Shown: positions 30,905 through 39,754, counted from the stretch's first letter. The stretch: 64,000 nucleotides of DNA from an uncultured virus (IMG/VR IMGVR_UViG_3300035698_023758) (IMGVR_UViG_3300035698_023758), one strand, 5' to 3'. Program-made: numbers and translations. The notes: generated by a model from the sequence alone, not told the origin.

Positions 30905-31885
30905 CTATTTGACATGTAATGTGTAATCTATAAGTGAATTTGCCATAATTTTGAGAGCGGTATCTCTATCAATATCATCTCCCCATGTTACTTTAATGAT
31001 CCTATCAAGAAGCTCTCCAGAAAAATAGTCGTCAACTTTATCTGTCTTGATATTACGATCATCAAACGAAAACCCAGACTGACTGAACCATTTTTCATAT
31101 ACGGCGATTGGTCTTGACACCTTTTGATTATGTTCAAGCTTAATACCGTTTTTCATTAATTCATCTGGTGTCATTGCTAAGTGTAAGAATGCCCTATTGA
31201 CCTGTTCATACAAATGCCCTCCATGTCTTGATGTCCATGGGTGTAATCTGACGTGTGCAATACCATCTTTTTTTAGGATTTTAGATACCCATAATAACAA
31301 ATCTGTTGGATCTTCTCCTATAACGTGATCTAAAACATCATTCAGTATCACTATATCAAATGGATTTTCAATCGCATATTTTTCTATAACAGATTTTTTA
31401 TCAGAAAACAAAAAATTATTATCATTAAAGGAGCTCCATCTATCATTCTTAGAAATATCATAACCAGCAACATTTTTGGCTGTTTTTGACAGTTCATATG
31501 TGACATGGCCATCTCCACATCCACAATCAAGGATGCTTTTACCTGTAAAGTCACATTCAAGTGACGCTACAATTTGCATTGCTCGAAATTTTTTCTCTGA
31601 GTCATCGGTGACAATTAATGATGGGTTAGTGGCTTCTGGCCATTCTTCAGAATTAAAATCGGGCGGTTCCCCTAGATCAGCGGTGGGGACACTGGAAGAT
31701 TTCAAAAGGATCTTTCGCGGTGTCTTTTTTTCTGGTTTTGAAATTGTTTTTTTCTTTGTGGATGCCGGATTTGGTTTTTTGCCAAGCATCGCTCTAATCG
31801 TGTTTAAAGATTCTATGCCTTTTAATAAGTTTACTTCAAGGCGTTCTATGGCTTCTAATGTTAGTCTTATTTCTTGTTTATCCAT
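30905..31885 (-). CDS. class I SAM-dependent methyltransferase (paralogue of 53956-54807)
   Basis: ILDCGCGDG, DVLDH, RLHPWTSRHGGHLYE. Confidence 0.85.
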   Translation of the reverse strand: MDKQEIRLTLEAIERLEVNLLKGIESLNTIRAMLGKKPNPASTKKKTISKPEKKTPRKILLKSSSVPTADLGEPPDFNSEEWPEATNPSLIVTDDSEKKFRAMQIVASLECDFTGKSILDCGCGDGHVTYELSKTAKNVAGYDISKNDRWSSFNDNNFLFSDKKSVIEKYAIENPFDIVILNDVLDHVIGEDPTDLLLWVSKILKKDGIAHVRLHPWTSRHGGHLYEQVNRAFLHLAMTPDELMKNGIKLEHNQKVSRPIAVYEKWFSQSGFSFDDRNIKTDKVDDYFSGELLDRIIKVTWGDDIDRDTALKIMANSLIDYTLHVK

Positions 31886-32541
31886 GGATCATCTACTTCT
31901 GTTCTTGAAATTGGGTTATTTATGTCTAATTTTTTTAATCTGTCTTTGATTTGTTTTAATAATAATTCATTTGGGATTTGCATTATTTTGCCGATTTTCG
32001 ATTCTTCGGAGCCATGTTTTAATTCCGTAGTAAAAAGATCATTACCAGGGGGAACAATCCAATACTCTTTTAAATCAGTAAGTATTGCAAAAACTCTACT
32101 TGTATAAGAGTGTGTGGTGTTGTCATTGTCTGATGTGATCGTTACAACATCATCAAACGCTACTTTATAAATGTATGCTGGATTACAATCCGGTTCTGCC
32201 CACCTATCGATAGAACAAAACTTAAAACCATATGTTGTATTAGACTCATTTATTAATTCGACATGATAAACATGATCTAATACTTTGGACATAGTACAAG
32301 GAATTTGCTTATGATAGCTACTATGAGTTTCATGTACAACTGTAGAAATAAATTTGCGATTGTCAGAAAATGAAATATCTAAGCCAATATTTTGGAGCCG
32401 TTGATCAATATCAAATTTTATATCGTCCAGTTTTTCTTTAACACTAATGTTTGGTTTGTGCGTAAAACAATCTACCCATGGGTTGACAATCTGGGTTAAA
32501 AAAGAATTAAAAATTTTCATAAGTTTTTTATAAAGCGTCAT
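31867..32541 (-). CDS. hypothetical protein
   Basis: 224-aa ORF. Confidence 0.6.
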   Translation of the reverse strand: MTLYKKLMKIFNSFLTQIVNPWVDCFTHKPNISVKEKLDDIKFDIDQRLQNIGLDISFSDNRKFISTVVHETHSSYHKQIPCTMSKVLDHVYHVELINESNTTYGFKFCSIDRWAEPDCNPAYIYKVAFDDVVTITSDNDNTTHSYTSRVFAILTDLKEYWIVPPGNDLFTTELKHGSEESKIGKIMQIPNELLLKQIKDRLKKLDINNPISRTEVDDPWINKK

Positions 32542-32968
32542 TGATTATTCTTTTTACTTTTGAAGATTGCAATAGATCGCTTATCACGCAAAGGTTCATT
32601 TCTTTTTGTAATGATTTAATTCCTGGCTTAAATGATCGTTTATATTTTTCAAGAGATATCTTAAGATCAAGGCATATTTGGTTTATAACTTGATCTTTTT
32701 GAAGTTTACTTGTGATCATTAAAATATTGTCGCTATTTATGCCTTTTGTTACTTTAATACCTTCATATTCAAATTTCTTTTTGTTTTTTTGTTCTAAATC
32801 TTTATAAACAAATATTATTTGAATCGTGCTTTCGTATTTTGTAACGTCAACCATTTCTGGCATATCATTGTTTGATAGGTCATATATAACACAGCCATCG
32901 CTTCCGTCTGCTAGTGTTCTTGTGTATGATTTGCTTGATACATCATTTTTAGATACAAAAACGTACAT
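32528..32968 (-). CDS. hypothetical protein
   Basis: AAGGA SD. Confidence 0.6.
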   Translation of the reverse strand: MYVFVSKNDVSSKSYTRTLADGSDGCVIYDLSNNDMPEMVDVTKYESTIQIIFVYKDLEQKNKKKFEYEGIKVTKGINSDNILMITSKLQKDQVINQICLDLKISLEKYKRSFKPGIKSLQKEMNLCVISDLLQSSKVKRIINDAL

Positions 32969-33013
32969 CTTATTCCTTAAAAGAATTGGGCGGGGTTACC
33001 CCCAAGAATTATT

Positions 33014-33430
33014 TTACGTTTCGTAAAACGCAGATAATTCAGCGACAATTTTATCAAGATCTTTTGGCAAATCGGACTGAATAACATCTTCTGGGCATTC
33101 TTTAGGAATTCTAGCATTCCTATATTCTGATAAGATATGCAGATATAAGTTGTTATGCTTATATTTACGAAACCCAGGTCCATAAAACGAATGCTTGTTA
33201 AGCTTGTGATAACCAAATTCGATATAATCTTCAGGGGCCTTTGGTTTTTCACCATTTCGATTATGGTCCATTTTACTTGTCCATCGAATAAAACGTTTAC
33301 AATCTTTGTATGCCCTTAACAAAATTTTGTGTGCTTCTTTAAGTTTAATAAACCCATCGTAATCAACAGGATGAAAACCAAAGTTGCTTTTGAATACATT
33401 TTGTGTTTGAGTAGTCATTTTTATCTCCAA
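33014..33430 (-). CDS. hypothetical protein downstream of the Pth2-like readthrough gene
   Basis: GGAGA SD before MTTQTQ; SNFGFHPVDY segment. Confidence 0.7.
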   Translation of the reverse strand: MEIKMTTQTQNVFKSNFGFHPVDYDGFIKLKEAHKILLRAYKDCKRFIRWTSKMDHNRNGEKPKAPEDYIEFGYHKLNKHSFYGPGFRKYKHNNLYLHILSEYRNARIPKECPEDVIQSDLPKDLDKIVAELSAFYET

Positions 33431-33503
33431 AAATTAATCAGTGTAACCAAGAACGGTGAATTTATATTACATCAATACTCGCAAAAATTTCTTATTGAAT
33501 TCT

Positions 33504-33560
33504 TCATGGGGCTCTCTCTTGGTAGGGCCAATCTTTTAGAGTTTTTAGTAGTCAGTGCAT
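33504..33560 (-). CDS. candidate readthrough mini-ORF MH(UGA)LLKTLKDWPYQERAP*
   Basis: ATG CAC TGA CTA C; same ACTGACTAC context as the upstream gene; ends R-A-P-UGA. Confidence 0.4.
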
Positions 33561-33564
33561 ATAT

Positions 33565-33897
33565 TTACCCTTTTACTAATTGTAGTTTATTGAAAAGCTT
33601 GCGACCATCGCCCATGATTGGTTCTGTGGCGATTGCAGTTAAAGAATTGTCAAGGTCTGGTTCAATAAATGTATTATATTGGATATTATTGATATTGAGT
33701 TTATCGATTTCTTTTTGCAAATTATTGGTTTTACAAAATACGATATGAGGATGTGGATTATTAGAATCTAATATACCCGTCCTAGAGGCTTCTAAAACAG
33801 CATGCATGCCCTGAACAGCTTGCTGCCCTGTGGTTAAATGACGATCGACGATAATATAAACGTGACCGCCATAATTTTGTAGTCAGTTCCAAGTCAT
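33565..33897 (-). CDS. Pth2-like peptidyl-tRNA hydrolase with an in-frame UGA at codon 5
   Basis: AGGAGGT SD, 6 nt, then ATG ACT TGG AAC TGA CTA; continues HVYIIVDRHLTTGQQAVQGMHA..FIEPDLDNSLTAIA..LFNKLQL. Confidence 0.8.
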
Positions 33898-33941
33898 ATT
33901 AGCACCTCCTTATTTAACGAAATATTTTTGATTAAAAAAGA

Positions 33942-34033
33942 ACTGGGTGTCCTTCACAAGCACCAGTGCTTCAGACGGACAATCTTAGCCACTTACAAAA
34001 ACCAAGATCGTTAGAAATGAAGGAACACCCAGT
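33942..34033 (-). ncRNA. candidate three-way-junction leader RNA upstream of the Pth2-like gene
   Basis: P1 ACTGGGTGTTCCTTCA/TGAAGGACACCCAGT, P2 GATCTTGGT/GCTAAGATT, P3 AAGCA/TGCTT, followed by a U-rich tract. Confidence 0.55.
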
Positions 34034-34080
34034 GTTCACCACTAACCAATTTAAAATACATTCGAAAATTATTCTAAAAA

Positions 34081-34599
34081 TCAGTTAATATTTTTACCTG
34101 TTCTATCAGAGTACAACCATTTATTGCCAGAATAATTGCCACCATTCCTGATTTTTAATACTGTAACAGAATCGGGAATATCTTCAAAACATTCATCTTG
34201 ATCATCAACATAAACATCAACACCAAGATCCTTAATAGCTTTAAATTTTTCATCAAGTCTTGGAACTATAACTAACTTATCAAAATAGATACCAAGTGAC
34301 ATAGCGTAATTTTCAGCCTTTTTTGAGTCATCCCTATGAGTGATTATTATTACAGCACCGGGCCATAAATTACTCAAAATCTTAAAAAATTCTGGGGATT
34401 CATCGAGAGTTCCGTCTAAATCTAAACCAAGAGTTGGGGCATCAAACATATTTTTAGTAATAGCACAAACATCTTTTTGTGCTTCACTAATATCATGAAT
34501 GGCTAAATTAGTTTTAAGTCGTGAAATGTGAAACAATACCTGATCAAGTGCCTGCATGACAAACTCACTACAAGAATTAAAAAAATGGTTTTCTGACAA
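34081..34599 (-). CDS. HAD-superfamily phosphatase
   Basis: LDLDGTLD motif I, ITHR motif II, conserved K, YVDD motif IV. Confidence 0.8.
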   Translation of the reverse strand: MSENHFFNSCSEFVMQALDQVLFHISRLKTNLAIHDISEAQKDVCAITKNMFDAPTLGLDLDGTLDESPEFFKILSNLWPGAVIIITHRDDSKKAENYAMSLGIYFDKLVIVPRLDEKFKAIKDLGVDVYVDDQDECFEDIPDSVTVLKIRNGGNYSGNKWLYSDRTGKNIN

Positions 34600-35302
34600 T
34601 TATGAAAGATTTGGAGATAAAGCACCAAATCCCGATAAATTATCTGACATTATAAGTCTCATATCAAAACACTTTGGAGCAATGCTCACAAAATATTTAG
34701 GTAGCGGAGACAATGGGATTGTTTATGAAGCCGATGACGGAGACATAATAAAATTCACAATAGATAAAAATGAGGCATTATTGTGGGCAAGACTTAAAAA
34801 CAAAAAAGTCCCTGGCATAATAATCCTAAAAGATGTAATAAATCTATCCAGCAGTAAGACAGGTGACACGCATGTCTTTGTCATAAAAGCTGAATCAGCA
34901 CCCCATGATGTTACACAAGAACAGTCTAAATTAATTCAAAATGCTTATAAAGAAACGAATCATCAAACACAACAAGATTTAAAGAAATTAAGAATTACCG
35001 GAAATAAAGAAGCATATATAAATAGAAGAGCAATAAATTTTGTGAGAGCATTCCAAAAAATCGCAGATATTGATCAAGCATTCGCAAATATCCCAGGTAT
35101 GATCATGGATATTGCTGATAAACACCAAGCATTTATTTATGATTTAAGACCAGACAATTTTAGACTCAATAAAGATGGGATGGTATTATTAACAGACCCG
35201 TCTGTGCCAAATCTTGTTGGTTCGCATGCTGAACCAGAAGAATTAACATATGAAGATAAAATAGATTTAACTCTTGGAACAATTCAATTGTTGTTTGAAT
35301 AG
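34556..35302 (+). CDS. protein-kinase-like (PKL/APH fold) protein
   Basis: LGSGDNGIVY Gly loop, IIKFT..E, YDLRPDNF, LLTDP. Confidence 0.75.
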   Translation: MTNSLQELKKWFSDNYERFGDKAPNPDKLSDIISLISKHFGAMLTKYLGSGDNGIVYEADDGDIIKFTIDKNEALLWARLKNKKVPGIIILKDVINLSSSKTGDTHVFVIKAESAPHDVTQEQSKLIQNAYKETNHQTQQDLKKLRITGNKEAYINRRAINFVRAFQKIADIDQAFANIPGMIMDIADKHQAFIYDLRPDNFRLNKDGMVLLTDPSVPNLVGSHAEPEELTYEDKIDLTLGTIQLLFE

Positions 35303-35371
35303 GCACGACAGGATTCGAACCTGCATCTTAAGAATTTGAAGTTCTTTGTTCTACCATTAAACTACGTGCCC
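35300..35371 (-). tRNA. opal-suppressor-type tRNA, anticodon UCA
   Basis: GGGCACG/CGTGCCT, GTTT-AATGGTA-GAAC, AAGAA-CT-TCA-AA-TTCTT, 5-nt variable loop, GCAGG-TTCGAAT-CCTGT; not tRNA-Sec geometry. Confidence 0.9.
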
Positions 35372-35382
35372 ATTTTATTGAA

Positions 35383-35763
35383 TCATACTATTAGCCATTG
35401 ACTTGCATGCTCATTGATTTGTGACTCAATATCTCGCACTCTTTTTTGTAAAGATATGCCCTCTTCTACGTCAGATTTTTCAGATTTATACGACACTCTG
35501 GCTTTCCAAAATTCGTAGCGTAGCATTGCTTTTTCATACGATTCCGCTAATCTTAAATCCCCCAACTCTTTAAACCATCCTTTACGACAGTCAAAGCATA
35601 ACCAACTTACAACATTGTTAGAAATATGTATTTCCGAACACATTGCTTCAGGTCTATTAGAATCATATAATTCATCTCCTGAACCGTTTCCACATCTTTC
35701 ACAAGGTCTATTCATTATTTTTCTCATCTTTCTTATCTTTAACAGTTTTATTATGGGGTTCAA
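35383..35763 (-). CDS. zinc-finger hypothetical protein
   Basis: CERC...C..H...LCFDC. Confidence 0.6.
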   Translation of the reverse strand: MNPIIKLLKIRKMRKIMNRPCERCGNGSGDELYDSNRPEAMCSEIHISNNVVSWLCFDCRKGWFKELGDLRLAESYEKAMLRYEFWKARVSYKSEKSDVEEGISLQKRVRDIESQINEHASQWLIV

Positions 35764-35865
35764 CTACTTTAACCCCACAGACATCAGATCCTGGTTTTAG
35801 AGCATTCTCATACATGCTTGGGTCAGAACACCCAAGTGTTAAAATACTATAAACTCCACCGTTTT

Positions 35866-36192
35866 TCATATTTCATCCTTAAAAATAAAATCAACATCTT
35901 GCATGAGACTTTTGAGTTCACTTTCGCTTGTAATATCATACCACTTTATTTCCGCAATGGGTTGTGCTGGTGCAGCGATGGACACTTGGGCGTGGTGCGG
36001 GGTTTCTTGATCCTTGCGTTTAGATATAATTTCAACAATTGTTGATGGTTTGCATATATTTAATCGCATAATAGCATTACCAAATGTAAAATTATAATCT
36101 GAGCGTACACGCATGATCACCATTTTTTTATCATACTTATCATATTTATCTTTAATTAGTTTTACAATAATATTATCTGGTTCTTCTATCAT
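35866..36192 (-). CDS. probable LSDP-family protein
   Basis: PDNIIVKLIKDKY ... WYDITSESELKSLM. Confidence 0.5.
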   Translation of the reverse strand: MIEEPDNIIVKLIKDKYDKYDKKMVIMRVRSDYNFTFGNAIMRLNICKPSTIVEIISKRKDQETPHHAQVSIAAPAQPIAEIKWYDITSESELKSLMQDVDFIFKDEI

Positions 36193-36194
36193 GC

Positions 36195-36689
36195 CTATAA
36201 TTTGTCCAACTTAAATGTAAATTCAAATAACATTTTATTAATTTGTTCTTTGCTCATTATTTTATTATTTTGGCATGTTTGTGGTGCTTCTCTTTGGGTT
36301 TTGCTTGATATTTCAACCACCGAGAAAACAAAGTCACAATTGAATGGCTCAACAGTATGCCAAACATTTGACTTCATTGAATATTCACTACCTGTATTTA
36401 AAAAAATTCTTGTAGATACTGGTGGCGGTTCTGTTGTTAAATCATCAGAATACCCAATATCAGACCAATATGAGCCAAAAATAATTTTAGATTTGAAATC
36501 CCACGGATGTGGATGGTAAAATGGCTTTCGATTTTTGATTGGATAGATTTTGTGAAAACAAATTTTTTTGTTTTCATGCTTAGTCCAAATTCTATCAACA
36601 TTTGGGCTAGAATTTCTAATTGCCAGACCATTCCAATCTTTCAAAGGTAGACCGGCTAATTTTATGTATAATTCTATCGTTTCATCCAT
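36195..36689 (-). CDS. cupin-fold protein
   Basis: YHPHPWDF..IIFGSY ... VWHTVEP. Confidence 0.6.
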   Translation of the reverse strand: MDETIELYIKLAGLPLKDWNGLAIRNSSPNVDRIWTKHENKKICFHKIYPIKNRKPFYHPHPWDFKSKIIFGSYWSDIGYSDDLTTEPPPVSTRIFLNTGSEYSMKSNVWHTVEPFNCDFVFSVVEISSKTQREAPQTCQNNKIMSKEQINKMLFEFTFKLDKL

Positions 36690-36748
36690 GATTATTCTCC
36701 ATTTTTAACTTATTTACCAAAACAAAATTATAATAAATTGGGCGAGAT

Positions 36749-37315
36749 ATGAAAATGTTAATTTGCGAAAGACCATATTTTTCAGCAAAAGTTGGCATGT
36801 TTGCCAGAAAAAACGGCGAATATACTAGGCCAATAATTGCAAGTTTAGTTGATATTAGAATAGAAGATTGTCTTAAAGACATAACATTATACTCAAAAAG
36901 TGCCTCTAATTACATTGCTAAGTTACCAGATATTAAGGAAATAGGGCAAATTGGAAAATATCTCATAGCGACCGCTAATTTAATTTCTAAAGTTAACCTT
37001 ACAAAAGAAGAAGCATATAAATACTTAAGAACTGGATTGTACATTTTATTACCTGATTCTCCGGAATCACCATTATGGGAATATTCAAAAGCACCATGGT
37101 GGGAATACGCAATGTGTTTAGATGAATATAATGGGTACATCAAAGCACCAAAAAAACATAGAGCAGGAGAACCAAGCCCAGAGGAAATTGACGAAAGATT
37201 AGATGAATTTAAAGAAAATAAAGGTTTGATAAAAGCCCTCTCCCCCCAGACGATTGAAAAATGGCGACAAGAAGGGAAAAGAGAGCTATTTAATAAATCG
37301 ATTGAAAGGATTTAA
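36749..37315 (+). CDS. hypothetical protein
   Basis: 188-aa ORF. Confidence 0.65.
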   Translation: MKMLICERPYFSAKVGMFARKNGEYTRPIIASLVDIRIEDCLKDITLYSKSASNYIAKLPDIKEIGQIGKYLIATANLISKVNLTKEEAYKYLRTGLYILLPDSPESPLWEYSKAPWWEYAMCLDEYNGYIKAPKKHRAGEPSPEEIDERLDEFKENKGLIKALSPQTIEKWRQEGKRELFNKSIERI

Positions 37316-37818
37316 ACCAGTGTTCCTTCTTTATCTTCACTTTCCTTGATTTTTGTCAATTTGATTTTATGTTTTTCAAGTTCTCCGGCAAATTCACTCC
37401 CAAAGATGGAAATTTTTTCGGTTTTGAGTTTGCGATCTGTGCGGTTGATAATAGATTCAAGGTCATCTTCTGATTCAACCACTTGGTATTCGAATTCTTT
37501 AAACAGAGACCCAACCACATTAATCAGCCTATCTACTCTTGACATGGATGATGACATATATTCCATTGGTTTATTGGTAATAGCATCATGCGAAGTATAA
37601 AGATTAAGAAAAGCTTGGATTGATGGTTGAAGCTCTGGGACTAATGTATAAATCCCACCGTTTTTGATTGATTTTAACGAAAGTGTTTTATTATCGATAA
37701 CTTGTTTTACGAATTCTTTGTCCATTAAAACTGTGGCAATTGAATCACCAACTTGAACATTGTATACTTTGAATAATTCCATAAGTTTTTCCTTAAGTTT
37801 TTCCTTAAAAAGAAGCAT
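37312..37818 (-). CDS. hypothetical protein
   Basis: probable start MELFKV with AAGGA SD. Confidence 0.65.
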   Translation of the reverse strand: MLLFKEKLKEKLMELFKVYNVQVGDSIATVLMDKEFVKQVIDNKTLSLKSIKNGGIYTLVPELQPSIQAFLNLYTSHDAITNKPMEYMSSSMSRVDRLINVVGSLFKEFEYQVVESEDDLESIINRTDRKLKTEKISIFGSEFAGELEKHKIKLTKIKESEDKEGTLV

Positions 37819-37840
37819 TATTTTATATGTTGTTGCTGAA

Positions 37841-38179
37841 TTATGCTTTATTGTTAATGTTTAATATTGTTAAATATACTGATAATTTACCAATATGATC
37901 TAAATAGTGCCACAGTCTTTGAATGTTTATATCGATTTGTTTGGTCCATCCTTTTTTATCCCATTCTGGGAATTTTAATTTGTCCCTTAATTCTATTTTG
38001 AATTTTTGATCATATTTTCTGTTTTCAAGGAATGCTATATGTGATTCTATTCTTCTGGCCATTATTTCTTTTTCGTCTTGGATTTGTTTTGCTGATTTAT
38101 CCATAGACACTTGTTCACTTCCAAAATAACAGTTTTTACCACAAATATAAGTGTAGTTCATGATGTAATCATCATACAC
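37841..38179 (-). CDS. hypothetical protein
   Basis: 112-aa ORF. Confidence 0.5.
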   Translation of the reverse strand: MYDDYIMNYTYICGKNCYFGSEQVSMDKSAKQIQDEKEIMARRIESHIAFLENRKYDQKFKIELRDKLKFPEWDKKGWTKQIDINIQRLWHYLDHIGKLSVYLTILNINNKA

Positions 38180-38215
38180 TTAAAAATACTTCAGATAATT
38201 CATTGGAGAAAAATT

Positions 38216-38656
38216 ATGAAATTTATTGGAAGAATATCTGGTATTATTGCTTATAGTGATGATACACATGATCAGTTCGCAGCACACCGTGATGAACGAG
38301 GAAATATTTCTGTTAATGATGCGACATCTAGCAATCAAGCTATCGTAGAAGTTCAAGATGAAAATAGCTGGTTAGAGAATATGATTGATTTAGTCAGCAG
38401 CACGCTGGCGTTAACACCATCTGGCACAGCAGCAAAAGTTGTAACATCTGCTAGCATGCATTTTTCTGGTAGAGTCAGCAATGATAATAATACTTGGGAA
38501 GATTTTGCAGTACAGCATGACTCAAAAGTTGGTGGGTTTATTTTGAATAGTAGTGGGTCTGGTGGTACTGTTGCTGCATACAGCAGCTTCCTATCGGCAG
38601 ATATTAAGGCATGGTGGGGATCTATGATCGGATCTGCTAACGTGGCAACTTCCTAA
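38216..38656 (+). CDS. probable virion protein with internal repeat
   Basis: GGAGA SD; repeated M.F.GR.S..D.T...FA..D unit. Confidence 0.6.
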   Translation: MKFIGRISGIIAYSDDTHDQFAAHRDERGNISVNDATSSNQAIVEVQDENSWLENMIDLVSSTLALTPSGTAAKVVTSASMHFSGRVSNDNNTWEDFAVQHDSKVGGFILNSSGSGGTVAAYSSFLSADIKAWWGSMIGSANVATS

Positions 38657-38823
38657 TCTTCTGATTCTGATTCTGACTCTGATTCTGATTCTTCATTATT
38701 AGAGTCTTTTTTATTATAATAATCATTCACAGAGTCCTGAGCTAAAACACCAGGACTCTGTGATCTATCTAAAGACGAAGAATTATTTTTATATTGAACT
38801 TCTGATATTAGTTTTAGCTTCAT
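38653..38823 (-). CDS. 56-aa acidic protein (MKLKLISE...ESESESED)
   Basis: AAGGA SD; below the ORF-track cutoff. Confidence 0.55.
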   Translation of the reverse strand: MKLKLISEVQYKNNSSSLDRSQSPGVLAQDSVNDYYNKKDSNNEESESESESESED

Positions 38824-38858
38824 AAAATTTTCCTTTTACTTTTATATTTGAAGCTAAT

Positions 38859-38909
38859 TTTTACTCATAACTGGCTTTTACTCATAGCTGGCTTTTACTC
38901 ATAGCTGGC
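38859..38909. repeat. 3 x 17-bp tandem repeat TTTTACTCATAGCTGGC
   Basis: direct tandem copies without spacers, overlapping the end of 38882-39307. Confidence 0.8.
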
Positions 38910-39307
38910 TTTTTACTGTTTTTCCAAAAGCGGATTTGAGAACATTTTTCAGGGTCCTTTAATGCTTTTGATAAAGCTAAGACCTGAATTTCAACGTCTT
39001 CTTCCTCAACTTCATCAAAAAAGCAGATTAAAGATTGGCACATTTTTTTGTTAAGAAGAACACAATATACATTATTTATTCTATCAATTGTAAATGATGG
39101 CCAATCTTGTTCTTCAATATCACTAGATTTTCTTGACCAGCTTCCTGGGTTTATTAAATGATCAGCAAAGGCATATACTTCATCATCAATCTCATCAAAA
39201 TCGAAAATAAATTCTGACACAAGATCAGTCATTTGTCTATTCATTTGAATCATTGTAATTGCTTCAAATGGTACAACAACGTTAAAAGCTGGCTTTGTCT
39301 TTTGCAT
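38882..39307 (-). CDS. acidic hypothetical protein with internal duplication
   Basis: AAGGA SD; two similar halves. Confidence 0.65.
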   Translation of the reverse strand: MQKTKPAFNVVVPFEAITMIQMNRQMTDLVSEFIFDFDEIDDEVYAFADHLINPGSWSRKSSDIEEQDWPSFTIDRINNVYCVLLNKKMCQSLICFFDEVEEEDVEIQVLALSKALKDPEKCSQIRFWKNSKKPAMSKSQL

Positions 39308-39489
39308 CTCTTTCCTTATAGTAAAAAATTGGTATTAAAACACCATTCAAGAATATGTTAGAAGGATTTTTTATTATCAAATTATTATGGATATATTATA
39401 TTTGCTACCCTATATTTAAAAATAAACTGGCATCAAGGGGTCTCACGTCTAGGGTGAAACGGAGTCACACAATGATGCCAGGGGGAGTA

Positions 39490-39708
39490 TTAATTAATAC
39501 CATCCATGCTATAAGAACCACAAGAAGAACCACAAGAAATAATTTCATCTGAATTAATATCAACCAAGTCATAATCAGACAAACAATTTTCAGCGATGGC
39601 GTAAATCTCACAAATAAGCTCTTCGTGAGCATCAAGTTTATTGTCAGGATCACAAAGTTTAACAATTTTACGCAAAACCTCTATCGGATCACTCATAATT
39701 ATCTCCAT
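39490..39708 (-). CDS. hypothetical protein
   Basis: GGAGA SD. Confidence 0.5.
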   Translation of the reverse strand: MEIIMSDPIEVLRKIVKLCDPDNKLDAHEELICEIYAIAENCLSDYDLVDINSDEIISCGSSCGSYSMDGIN

Positions 39709-39754
39709 AAAAAGTGAAAATCTTATTTACGCAAGACGATAACATAGAATAAAG

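Noticed and set aside
35300..35371. tRNA-Sec, or evidence for genome-wide UGA recoding (code 4/25)
   Set aside because: No long variable arm or extended acceptor stem; long genes are intact in code 11 and many end in UGA with ATGA coupling.
38859..38909. 17-bp repeats as a possible CRISPR array
   Set aside because: Three contiguous copies with no spacers; no cas genes seen.
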